This document shows, piece by piece, positions 28,880 to 36,315 of a stretch of 64,000 nucleotides of DNA. The stretch is taken from the IMG/VR virus record IMGVR_UViG_3300027518_000007, positions 575 to 64,574 of that record. One strand, written 5' to 3'. A model generated the notes under the pieces. The model was not told where the DNA came from. It did not search any database and saw only the letters and a list, made by a program, of their open reading frames with translations. The position numbers and the translations under genes are program-made. Each line of letters begins with the position of its first letter. Positions within the stretch are counted from its first letter, which is position 1. Source of the DNA: a virus.

Positions 28880-29134
28880 ATGAAGAAGTTTAGTTTTACT
28901 GTTGATGTGGTGTCTGAGGACTTGGATCGTGAAGCTACTGCCCAGACTCTTAATTCGTGTCTGACCGATTCCCTCCCCGAAGATGCTCATGCTCATGTGA
29001 AGATTGGTGAGGTTAAGGCGTTTTCTGAACAAGGTTGGAAGGTTTTCCGTGCTAGGGTTATGGGTATCACGGCGAAGCAAGCCGGAGATGCACATAATGG
29101 CAAGGTAGAAAACGAAGTAGAAGCCGTTGCGTGA
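28880..29134 (+). CDS. Hypothetical protein
   Basis: Start MKKFSF after promoter TTGACA(28805)-17-TATACT. Confidence 0.65.
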   Translation: MKKFSFTVDVVSEDLDREATAQTLNSCLTDSLPEDAHAHVKIGEVKAFSEQGWKVFRARVMGITAKQAGDAHNGKVENEVEAVA

Positions 29135-29229
29135 TAATGAGTGAGGAGTCATAATGGCTGCGAGCCTCCACGGGACGCCGTGGGGGCTTGCGGTATTGAG
29201 AGGATGTGTTATTATAGTATACAGCCTAT

Positions 29230-29303
29230 GACCCCGTAGCTCAACGGATCAGAGCGAGCGGTTTCTACCCGCTAGGTTGGGGGTTCGAATCCCTCCGGGG
29301 TTA
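29230..29303 (+). tRNA. tRNA-Arg(TCT)
   Basis: Cloverleaf GACCCCG/CGGGGTT, anticodon arm AGCGG-TTTCTAC-CCGCT, T-loop TTCGAAT; no encoded CCA. Confidence 0.92.
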
Positions 29304-29304
29304 T

Positions 29305-29802
29305 TTATATGTGCTGCCATTGTTGATTAGAAACTATTCGTTTAATATGCTGATAAGAAACATCATATTTTCTTCCTAAATCAGCTAATGTATATTTACC
29401 AGAACTATAAAGTATTCTAATCTCTTTAATATCCTCTTCTGAGAGTTTTGCTCTGCCGTGATCAATGCCTAGTCTAGGTTTTGTTTTGTGAGATTTAGCA
29501 GTATTTGACGATCTTTCTAACCATTGTAGATTATCTATATGGTTATTAGACATATCCCCATCAATATGGTCTATGGTAGGATGGATCATATCATTAGGTT
29601 TAGGCTCGCCCCAAACGTCCATAACTAATTGATAGGTTTTTCTTCTATATCCATTGCCAGTATTAATGGTTAGATAGCCGTCTTGATCTTTAAAACCGAT
29701 AAACTTTTGATATCTAAGACTAAAAATACGGCCATCTTTATAAACTAGATAATTGGTATAAACTGGGTGTGTTTTTGCTTCATTGTTCATAATTTCCTCC
29801 AT
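29305..29802 (-). CDS. HNH endonuclease (NUMOD4/HNH_3-like) with C-terminal HTH
   Basis: TIDHIDGDMSNNHIDNLQWL; AKLSEEDIKEIR...LGRKYDVS. Confidence 0.85.
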   Translation of the reverse strand: MEEIMNNEAKTHPVYTNYLVYKDGRIFSLRYQKFIGFKDQDGYLTINTGNGYRRKTYQLVMDVWGEPKPNDMIHPTIDHIDGDMSNNHIDNLQWLERSSNTAKSHKTKPRLGIDHGRAKLSEEDIKEIRILYSSGKYTLADLGRKYDVSYQHIKRIVSNQQWQHI

Positions 29803-29816
29803 ACCTTATAATACAC

Positions 29817-29898
29817 CACAAGTCTTTATTTGGCAAGCACTTAGGTAAAATCCGCCCGGCCGCCCGCGTCGTAAGTCCTTATACCATAAGGCTTTGCG
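29817..29898. repeat. Repeat A unit 12/15
   Basis: CACAAGTCTTT-ATTTGGC-AAGCACTTAGG ... CGTAAGTCCTT-ATACCAT-AAGGCTTTGCG. Confidence 0.88.
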
Positions 29899-29980
29899 TC
29901 ATAAATAATTTCTTCAAGATTATCCCTTGACACTCCGATACTAATGGTATAGAATCAGGGTATCACTAGGAGAAAACGCT

Positions 29981-30694
29981 ATGCAATTCAGTAAGGGTAA
30001 TGAGAAGTTGGGCGACGGCTGTTTGGTCGTGAGTCGTGCGGTTGGAGATACTTGTCCACCGTCTTGCGATTTCTTGGGCGACGGCTGCTATGCCGAAGCT
30101 ACAGAAAATGTTTTCAAGAATAGCCGAGCGGTTGGTTTGCGAAATATTATTACCGACAAGAATCTGATTCGTGTTATGATTCTGGAAGCTATAAAAAAAG
30201 ATGTGTCGATCCGATTTCAAGAAAGAGGCGATTTCTTCAAGGATGGACAGCTTGACCTAGACTATATTGAAAATATCGTTTGGGCTTGTGAGAGTATTCT
30301 TGCCGATGGTAAGACTCTCCCCGAGATGTGGGTTTATACTCATATCTATGATGAACGGATTGTTACCATGCTTGGAAAGTATATGGTGGTATATGCTAGT
30401 GTTCATAATCGAGATCATAAAGAGGCAGCAAGCCGAGCGGGATTCAAATATTTTGCATGGTGTGACACTGAAAACGTCTACAGTGAAAAAAAGCCAAGAG
30501 GAAAAGCCAAGATTGAAGCATGGAGAAAAGCACTGCCAAAACTTGCTATTATCGACAATGAACGATATATCACTTGTCCGGAAATGCGACGGGGCCGACA
30601 AGCCGGTGGTGTCACTTGCACCGGGACGAAAGATTCGATAGAATGTAATCTCTGCGTCAAGGGACTTGCGAATGTTTTGTTTTTAAATCATTGA
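29981..30694 (+). CDS. Cys-rich phage protein (Gp88-like, tentative)
   Basis: DTCPPSC...GCYA, RFQERGDF, TCPEM...CTG...CNLC. Confidence 0.55.
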   Translation: MQFSKGNEKLGDGCLVVSRAVGDTCPPSCDFLGDGCYAEATENVFKNSRAVGLRNIITDKNLIRVMILEAIKKDVSIRFQERGDFFKDGQLDLDYIENIVWACESILADGKTLPEMWVYTHIYDERIVTMLGKYMVVYASVHNRDHKEAASRAGFKYFAWCDTENVYSEKKPRGKAKIEAWRKALPKLAIIDNERYITCPEMRRGRQAGGVTCTGTKDSIECNLCVKGLANVLFLNH

Positions 30695-30706
30695 AAGGAT
30701 TTTGGC

Positions 30707-31276
30707 ATGAGTTACGTTGGATTGTATGATGATGCAGGAAGCAAGAATGCTTTCTATATTATTAAAGACAAAAAGATTGGCCGTAAACGTGTGGGCTTTA
30801 AAGAATTTGAGAATAAACAAGAAGCAGAGTTTGCCCATCGGGTTCAAAAATATCTGGCCGAGTTTAATTTGGCTCCTATGGTATATGGGGATGTTGGTAT
30901 GATTCGTAGGCATGATGGTGAATTAACTTGTTATGGTTATTTGACCGAAGTTGCTCGACCTATGCCAGTATGTCATGACGATGATTGTGATGGTGAATGT
31001 TTTCAGAGTGAATGTGGTAATGGTACTACTATTTGTGAAGTAGTTTATGATTTGAGTGAACATGGATTAGAATATAACGATGCCCATAAGGGTAATTTTG
31101 GTTATGTTCGACGTAAGGGTTCATGGGTTCCGGTTGCTATCGACCTTGGGGTTGAGAGTTTTACTGATTGGGATGAGAGTATTTATGGACAATTTGATTA
31201 CGATGCTGATGACGATGTTGATAGTTATGGGGCGTGTAATTGTTTTCAATGTCAAAAGTTCCGGGAGGAACAATAA
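30707..31276 (+). CDS. Minimal protein-kinase-like fold protein
   Basis: Catalytic-loop-like NDAHKGNFG and Mg-binding AIDLG; LAPMVYG and YLTEVA subdomain-like segments. Confidence 0.6.
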   Translation: MSYVGLYDDAGSKNAFYIIKDKKIGRKRVGFKEFENKQEAEFAHRVQKYLAEFNLAPMVYGDVGMIRRHDGELTCYGYLTEVARPMPVCHDDDCDGECFQSECGNGTTICEVVYDLSEHGLEYNDAHKGNFGYVRRKGSWVPVAIDLGVESFTDWDESIYGQFDYDADDDVDSYGACNCFQCQKFREEQ

Positions 31277-31817
31277 TGAGCAAATACTATATCAAGTGTG
31301 GAACACTAGAACTAATTTATTCCTGCAACAAATGCCCAAGGGATGCTGCGATGGATGCTATATGGGAAACAAATGAAAACGATACACTAGATGAGCATAT
31401 CTATCTTGATGAACGTGGATATAAAGACTATACAAATGCTGATGGATTAACTTGTGTGTTACACACTACCCATATTCTCAAAGATGCAGGATGGAGTATA
31501 GAATGAATATATCAGAATTGAGGCGTATTATTACTGCTATCTGTCCAAACTCTGAAATAGAGTGGGATAATGAGAATCAAATTATTATCTATACTGGATT
31601 GACGGACGACGAGAATGGCGAACTGAGGGAGATAGAATAATGTGGATTATTATTGACGAGAAAAAAGTAAGACATAAGTGGGAATGTCCCGAGTGCGACA
31701 ATAAAGTTTATGTAGAACCTTGGTGGTATTCAGAAAATGGAACACCTATGTGTGATAGGTGTGATATAGATACTGAATACGTCCATACACAAATAGATAT
31801 TGAATCATAAGAATCGC

Positions 31818-31899
31818 CGCAAACCCTTGGTGTGTAAGCACTTAGGGCAAGCGGGGCGGGCCGTATTTGACATAACTCGTTGTACAGCAACACTTTAGA
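31818..31899. repeat. Repeat A unit 13/15
   Basis: CGCAAACCCTT-GGTGTGT-AAGCACTTAGG ... CATAACTCGTT-GTACAGC-AACACTTTAGA. Confidence 0.88.
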
Positions 31900-31935
31900 A
31901 CAAATCCAAAAATCTTCTAAAGTTCGCTGTGTCGC

Positions 31936-32349
31936 ATGGTCGATAATAGAAGTATGAAGATTAGACGAGAACAAACGAGGAATGAGAAGATGATCCAGTG
32001 GGTTGGGATTGTGATTACGATTTTGGGTCTGGCCTATACGGGAATCAAAGATTATCAAAAGGGTGATATAAAATTCCCTCCCATGCCTCAAAAACCGGCC
32101 TTGACAAAAGTAGTTTATCCGGTACAATACTGTCTGATGGCTTACGACCCTAATGTTGACAAAGTTTTTTACCTACACGAAAATGGACAATGGCATGATT
32201 ACGCTCCACAACAACGACGATATGAGACCACGCCGCAACCATATCAAACTCAAGGTGCGACCGCAGTGGCAAGTTCCTACGGGTCACAAGGAACACCGGC
32301 ATACCGTTATGGACAATCGCCCCAAGCGTATGCGAACCCGATCCGCTGA
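31936..32349 (+). CDS. Membrane-anchored hypothetical protein
   Basis: TM helix IQWVGIVITILGLAYTGI; Gln/Pro/Tyr-rich tail. Confidence 0.6.
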   Translation: MVDNRSMKIRREQTRNEKMIQWVGIVITILGLAYTGIKDYQKGDIKFPPMPQKPALTKVVYPVQYCLMAYDPNVDKVFYLHENGQWHDYAPQQRRYETTPQPYQTQGATAVASSYGSQGTPAYRYGQSPQAYANPIR

Positions 32350-32399
32350 AAACCGCAGGGCTTGCGACAATGGAGACTATTGAGTATAATAGGTTGATT

Positions 32400-32472
32400 G
32401 CCAGTGTAGCTCAGTCAGCAGAGCGTCAAATTTGTAATTTGAATGTCACGGGTGCAACTCCTGTCACTGGCT
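32400..32472 (+). tRNA. tRNA-Thr(TGT), atypical D/T loops
   Basis: GCCAGTG/CACTGGC, TCAAA-TTTGTAA-TTTGA, T-loop TGCAACT. Confidence 0.85.
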
Positions 32473-32477
32473 TTTAT

Positions 32478-32549
32478 TGCCCGATAGCACAATGGTACTG
32501 CAACGGATTTTGGTTCCGTCGTTTCTAGGTTCGAATCCTAGTCGGGCAT
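32478..32549 (+). tRNA. tRNA-Gln(TTG)
   Basis: TGCCCGA/TCGGGCA (U1-A72), ACGGA-TTTTGGT-TCCGT, TTCGAAT. Confidence 0.9.
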
Positions 32550-32556
32550 ATAATAT

Positions 32557-32628
32557 TGGCTCGTAGCTCAATGGTCGAGCTGTCGGCTGTTAACCGACCG
32601 GTTGTAGGTTCGAGTCCTACCGAGCCAG
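32557..32628 (+). tRNA. tRNA-Asn(GTT)
   Basis: TGGCTCG/CGAGCCA, GTCGG-CTGTTAA-CCGAC, TTCGAGT, G73. Confidence 0.93.
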
Positions 32629-32639
32629 TTTAAGTTTAA

Positions 32640-32726
32640 GGAAGAATGGCAGAGTGGTCTAATGCATCTGATTACTAATCAGAAGAAGTGTAAAAACTTC
32701 CGTGGGTTCGAATCCTACTTCTTCCG
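32640..32726 (+). tRNA. tRNA-Ser(ACT), rare anticodon
   Basis: GGAAGAA/TTCTTCC, TCTGA-TTACTAA-TCAGA, long variable arm GAAGT-GTAAAA-ACTTC, G73. Confidence 0.85.
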
Positions 32727-32756
32727 TTCGGAGGCTGATGTTTGAGTTACGAGTGC

Positions 32757-32828
32757 GGCCCCATAGTATAGTAGTTAGTATGCTGGCCTTTCACGCCGGA
32801 GACCTGGGAGCGTAACCCAGTGGGGTCA
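32757..32828 (+). tRNA. tRNA-Glu(TTC), atypical D/T loops
   Basis: GGCCCCA/TGGGGTC, CTGGC-CTTTCAC-GCCGG, T-arm CTGGG-AGCGTAA-CCCAG. Confidence 0.8.
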
Positions 32829-32836
32829 TTTGTTTC

Positions 32837-32876
32837 TGCTAATCCTGCGGATTTGGTGGTCTTGGCGATAGTCAGC
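32837..32876 (+). repeat. Repeat B copy 3/6
   Basis: TGCTAATCCTGCGGATTTGGTGGTCTTGGCGATAGTCAGC. Confidence 0.85.
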
Positions 32877-33135
32877 GAGAATCCTAAAGTTTTGGGTGTT
32901 GACAGGACGATATTGGTATGGTAGACTGTTGGAACAAGAAAGGAAAGTGATGATGAAGAACCTTCGCATCTATGATATTCTGACTGAGGATGGTAAAACT
33001 CTGGCCGACATTACTCTCTCTATGCAAGAGGATTTTGATTGGGCCGATGTTTTTGATAAGCTGTATGATTTTACAACCGAGAATATTCAAAGTTATTCTT
33101 ACGAGGAAATTACTGTAAACGCCGAATAGGTTGAT

Positions 33136-33208
33136 GCGCCTCTAGCTCAATTGGCAGAGCACGAAACTTTTAATTTTGGGGTTCTGGGTTCGATTCCCAG
33201 GGGGCGCA
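33136..33208 (+). tRNA. tRNA-Lys(TTT)
   Basis: GCGCCTC/GGGGCGC, CGAAA-CTTTTAA-TTTTG, TTCGATT. Confidence 0.9.
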
Positions 33209-33261
33209 CTTGACAGGGTTGATTGTTGGTGTAGAATAGAGGTAAGAAAGGGAGTAGAAAT

Positions 33262-33441
33262 ATGAGATATGAAGATTACTATGACGGCTATAACTATGAC
33301 TACGATGAATTGGTAGAAAATACCGAAGATCTTGGTCTAGATGAAGAACCTTGGATGAATGATCTTGAGGAAGAAGAAGATGACGAGGTTCCATCTTATG
33401 GCAAGAACTATTATCCTAGTATTGAGGAAGATGAAGATTGA
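33262..33441 (+). CDS. Extremely acidic Tyr-rich small protein (59 aa, not in track)
   Basis: MRYEDYYDGYNYDYDELVENTEDLGLDEEPWMNDLEEEEDDEVPSYGKNYYPSIEEDED; RBS GGGAG; own TTGACA...TAGAAT promoter. Confidence 0.65.
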   Translation: MRYEDYYDGYNYDYDELVENTEDLGLDEEPWMNDLEEEEDDEVPSYGKNYYPSIEEDED

Positions 33442-33447
33442 TTTTTT

Positions 33448-33530
33448 GTGTGTGCATCTAGGTGGGACTAGACCCTAATATATTTATCCTTTCTTGTAAC
33501 GGGCTGTTGGTTCAAATCCAACCACACACT
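33448..33530 (+). ncRNA. tRNA-like element with non-canonical anticodon arm
   Basis: Perfect acceptor GTGTGTG/CACACAC, D-arm TCTAG-GTGGGA-CTAGA, T-arm GTTGG-TTCAAAT-CCAAC; no standard anticodon stem-loop. Confidence 0.65.
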
Positions 33531-33532
33531 TT

Positions 33533-34030
33533 ATGAACGCTTTCCAGCAAGAGCTTGATGACTTCCGGCGTACCCCAGACGGTAAGATTATCCAAGGGGC
33601 TGCTCATACCTGTATGGTATTAAATCACAAGGTTCGCAATAAGATTATTATTAAAGCTGTTTGTGATTTGAGAAAAATCGATAATGAGTTTGATAGTATT
33701 GTTTGCTCTGGCGTAAGCGGATTAATTATAACTCCACAAGTATCCGAAATTCTGAATAAACATCTAATAATTGTTAGAAAAAAAAATGAAGAAAGATACA
33801 GCGAGTTTACTGTAGAAGGAACAAATCCTGGAAGATATATTATATTAGACGATTTAATATGTAGTAATAATACAGTAAAACATATTATGAAAAGTATTAA
33901 AGAAGAATCGACAAGATCGATATGTATTGGAGCTTATTTTTATCTACCACAAGAATGTAGCTATAAACATAATGGGGATGGGGATAAATTGTTTAAAAAA
34001 GATTTAGGAATTAAGCTTCTTAATATCTGA
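33533..34030 (+). CDS. Type I phosphoribosyltransferase-domain protein
   Basis: PRPP-binding loop YIILDDLICSNNT; IVCSGVSG...IIVRK. Confidence 0.8.
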   Translation: MNAFQQELDDFRRTPDGKIIQGAAHTCMVLNHKVRNKIIIKAVCDLRKIDNEFDSIVCSGVSGLIITPQVSEILNKHLIIVRKKNEERYSEFTVEGTNPGRYIILDDLICSNNTVKHIMKSIKEESTRSICIGAYFYLPQECSYKHNGDGDKLFKKDLGIKLLNI

Positions 34031-34489
34031 TAAAAATATCGTATCCGGATGTATGGTTCCGTACCAATGAAATTTCCCGTGTGCTATCTGATCTGGAAAT
34101 ATCCATAAATTCTCTGGCCTATTGTCTGTTTTGATCTCATTAACATGATGTATAACTTCTTTACGAAACAATTGTCTGCCGATTATTTCTTCTGCTATTA
34201 TTCTATGAATCATTACTCTTTTTTTATTAATAGTAGTTCTATTATATCCTCCACCATTTAATCCGTGTTTATAGCTGTGGTGATCTGTTCCGGATTTAGA
34301 ATTTAAACCATTTGCTTCTTTGATACCTCTAATTGGAATATTATGTTTTCTTAATTGATATCTAATGGTTTCATCGCTACAATTTTTAATTTTAGCAATT
34401 TTGCTAGCTGATAGCTTTTGATTAAGATATAGATCTTTTAGCTCTTCTATGTTTAGGTTTAAATATGGTCTAGTTTTACGGTTTTTCAT
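34004..34489 (-). CDS. HNH endonuclease with N-terminal HTH
   Basis: HRIIAE...VIHHVNEIKTDNRPENL. Confidence 0.85.
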   Translation of the reverse strand: MKNRKTRPYLNLNIEELKDLYLNQKLSASKIAKIKNCSDETIRYQLRKHNIPIRGIKEANGLNSKSGTDHHSYKHGLNGGGYNRTTINKKRVMIHRIIAEEIIGRQLFRKEVIHHVNEIKTDNRPENLWIFPDQIAHGKFHWYGTIHPDTIFLSDIKKLNS

Positions 34490-34545
34490 AGTATAGCCCT
34501 CCTGATCTATAATACACCACTCGACCAGAGATTGCAGAATCTTTT

Positions 34546-34627
34546 TTTAAAGTATTGCCATGTAAGGACTTAGAGCAAGCTGGGGCGGCCCCGGTCGCCG
34601 TAAGTCCTTATCTGCCAACGACTTGCG
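34546..34627. repeat. Repeat A unit 14/15
   Basis: TTTAAAGTATT-GCCATGT-AAGGACTTAGA ... CGTAAGTCCTT-ATCTGCC-AACGACTTGCG. Confidence 0.88.
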
Positions 34628-34655
34628 ACATGCGGAATTTTTCCAAAGTTTTCGC

Positions 34656-34684
34656 TTGACACTGCCGATAATATAGTGTAGAAT
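34656..34684 (+). promoter_or_regulatory. sigma70-type early promoter upstream of DUF932 gene
   Basis: TTGACA-CTGCCGATAATATAGTG-TAGAAT. Confidence 0.85.
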
Positions 34685-34727
34685 CAGTGAACGAGAACGA
34701 TTGAACAGTAACACGAAAGGGATGATT

Positions 34728-35678
34728 ATGGCTCATGCAGTTGAACAGATGATGTTTGTTGGTGCGACTCCGTGGCACGGTCTGGGTAACCAGCTCGACG
34801 AAGCTCCAACGGTTTCGGAGGCGATGACTGCCGCCGGTTTGGATTGGGAAGTTGGTCTGAAGGATTTGGTCACGGTGGATGGTCAGCCCGTTCCGGCCCG
34901 TGCGACCTATCGCAAAACGGATGATAGCATTTTGGGTGTTGTCGGCCCACGATATACTCCGCTGCAAAACAGCGAGGCGTTCGATTGGTTCCAGCCGTTT
35001 CTGGACGCTGGCGAGTGTGCGTTGCATACTGCCGGTTCGCTCCACAGAGGTCAGAAGGTTTGGGTGCTGGCCCAACTGAACCGCGACAATAGCGAGATCG
35101 TGAAGGGTGACGAGGTTGGGAAGTTCATTCTTCTCAGCAACTCGCACGATGGCACGACCGCTATCCGGGTTGGCTATACGCCGATCCGCGTTGTGTGTGC
35201 AAACACTATGGCGATGGCCCATAGCAAGAGCAGTGGTTCCAAGTTGATCCGTATTCGTCACACACGTTCCAGCAAGACCAATCTGGAAAACGTGCGAGAC
35301 ATTATGGACAACATTAACATGGAGTTTGAGGCGACTGCGGAGCAGTTCAAGTTCCTCGCGTCAAAGAACTTCAATCAGGCCGACGTTCGTCGCTATGTCA
35401 AGGTGATGCTCGACATTGACGGTACGCCGGACGATCAGATCAAGACTCGTACCAGAAATATCATGGACGAGATTCTGAATCTGGTCGAAGGTCCGAAGCA
35501 GAGTGCTACTGGCGTGAGAGGCACATGGTGGGCCGCAATGAACGGATATAATGAGTATCTAAATTATCACAAGGGTCGCACGGAAGATAACCGTCTCGAC
35601 TCACTGTGGTTCGGGCTTAATGCTAACGATAATATCAAGGCGTTAAATACCGCAATGCAATTTGCTAGTGCAGTCTAA
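34728..35678 (+). CDS. DUF932 (phage/plasmid-like TIGR03299 family) protein
   Basis: TPWHGLG, YTPLQN, TAGSL...VWVLA, LLSNSHDG, PIRVVCANT, IRHT, GTWWAA.N...EY. Confidence 0.85.
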   Translation: MAHAVEQMMFVGATPWHGLGNQLDEAPTVSEAMTAAGLDWEVGLKDLVTVDGQPVPARATYRKTDDSILGVVGPRYTPLQNSEAFDWFQPFLDAGECALHTAGSLHRGQKVWVLAQLNRDNSEIVKGDEVGKFILLSNSHDGTTAIRVGYTPIRVVCANTMAMAHSKSSGSKLIRIRHTRSSKTNLENVRDIMDNINMEFEATAEQFKFLASKNFNQADVRRYVKVMLDIDGTPDDQIKTRTRNIMDEILNLVEGPKQSATGVRGTWWAAMNGYNEYLNYHKGRTEDNRLDSLWFGLNANDNIKALNTAMQFASAV

Positions 35679-35696
35679 CTTTTCTTCACCATTAGC

Positions 35697-35739
35697 AAAA
35701 CGAATTCGCCGCTCAGAAATGGGTGGCGATTTTGTTTTT
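35697..35739. terminator. Bidirectional-type intrinsic terminator after DUF932 gene
   Basis: AAAAC..TCGCCGCTC-AGAAAT-GGGTGGCGA..TTTTGTTTT. Confidence 0.7.
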
Positions 35740-35790
35740 ATGGTGTATATATTTATGTGTCAAAAATACGTTACCCAAAAGGATTATTCA

Positions 35791-36315
35791 ATGCCAAGAT
35801 TTAAAAAAGAAGAATCATATCTTACCGTTATAAAAGAAGATGGTAATATTGATAATTATAAAGCCGTTATTTGTAAGTGCAAGTGCGGGAGAATGATTAG
35901 ATGCAAAAAAACATTAATTAATAGCGGAAGGAAAAAATCGTGTGGATGCATGATTACTGAGTCGGAATTTGTATCAAAAAATATTATTAGGATGTATTGG
36001 GTTGCTATTATAGCTAATGCAGATTCTAGGAATATCGAGTTTAAGATTACTCCAGAAAATCTAGAGAAACAAATAACTAAACAAAATTTTAAGTGTGCTC
36101 TTTCTGGCTTAGACATATCATTACCATATTCTAGCGATGAATTTTTGATTAAGAGGAAATGGACAGCTTCTGTTGATAGAATAGACTCTAGTAAGCCTTA
36201 TACGAAAAATAATATTCAATTCCTGCATAAAGATATAAATAGAATGAAGCTAGATTTAGATGAGCAAGTATTCGTGGCATATTGCAAGGCTGTCTCTACC
36301 TGTCACTTGACGTAA
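35791..36315 (+). CDS. HNH-like homing endonuclease
   Basis: CKCKCG...KKSCGC N-terminal Zn/AP2-associated motif; SVDRIDSSKPYTKNNIQFLHKDINRMK; start 35755 or 35791. Confidence 0.75.
   Translation: MPRFKKEESYLTVIKEDGNIDNYKAVICKCKCGRMIRCKKTLINSGRKKSCGCMITESEFVSKNIIRMYWVAIIANADSRNIEFKITPENLEKQITKQNFKCALSGLDISLPYSSDEFLIKRKWTASVDRIDSSKPYTKNNIQFLHKDINRMKLDLDEQVFVAYCKAVSTCHLT

Noticed and set aside
32640-32726. Amber suppressor (CTA) reading of the Ser tRNA and stop-codon recoding
   Set aside because: The 7-nt loop places ACT, not CTA, at positions 34-36, and long genes end normally at TAG/TGA/TAA under code 11.
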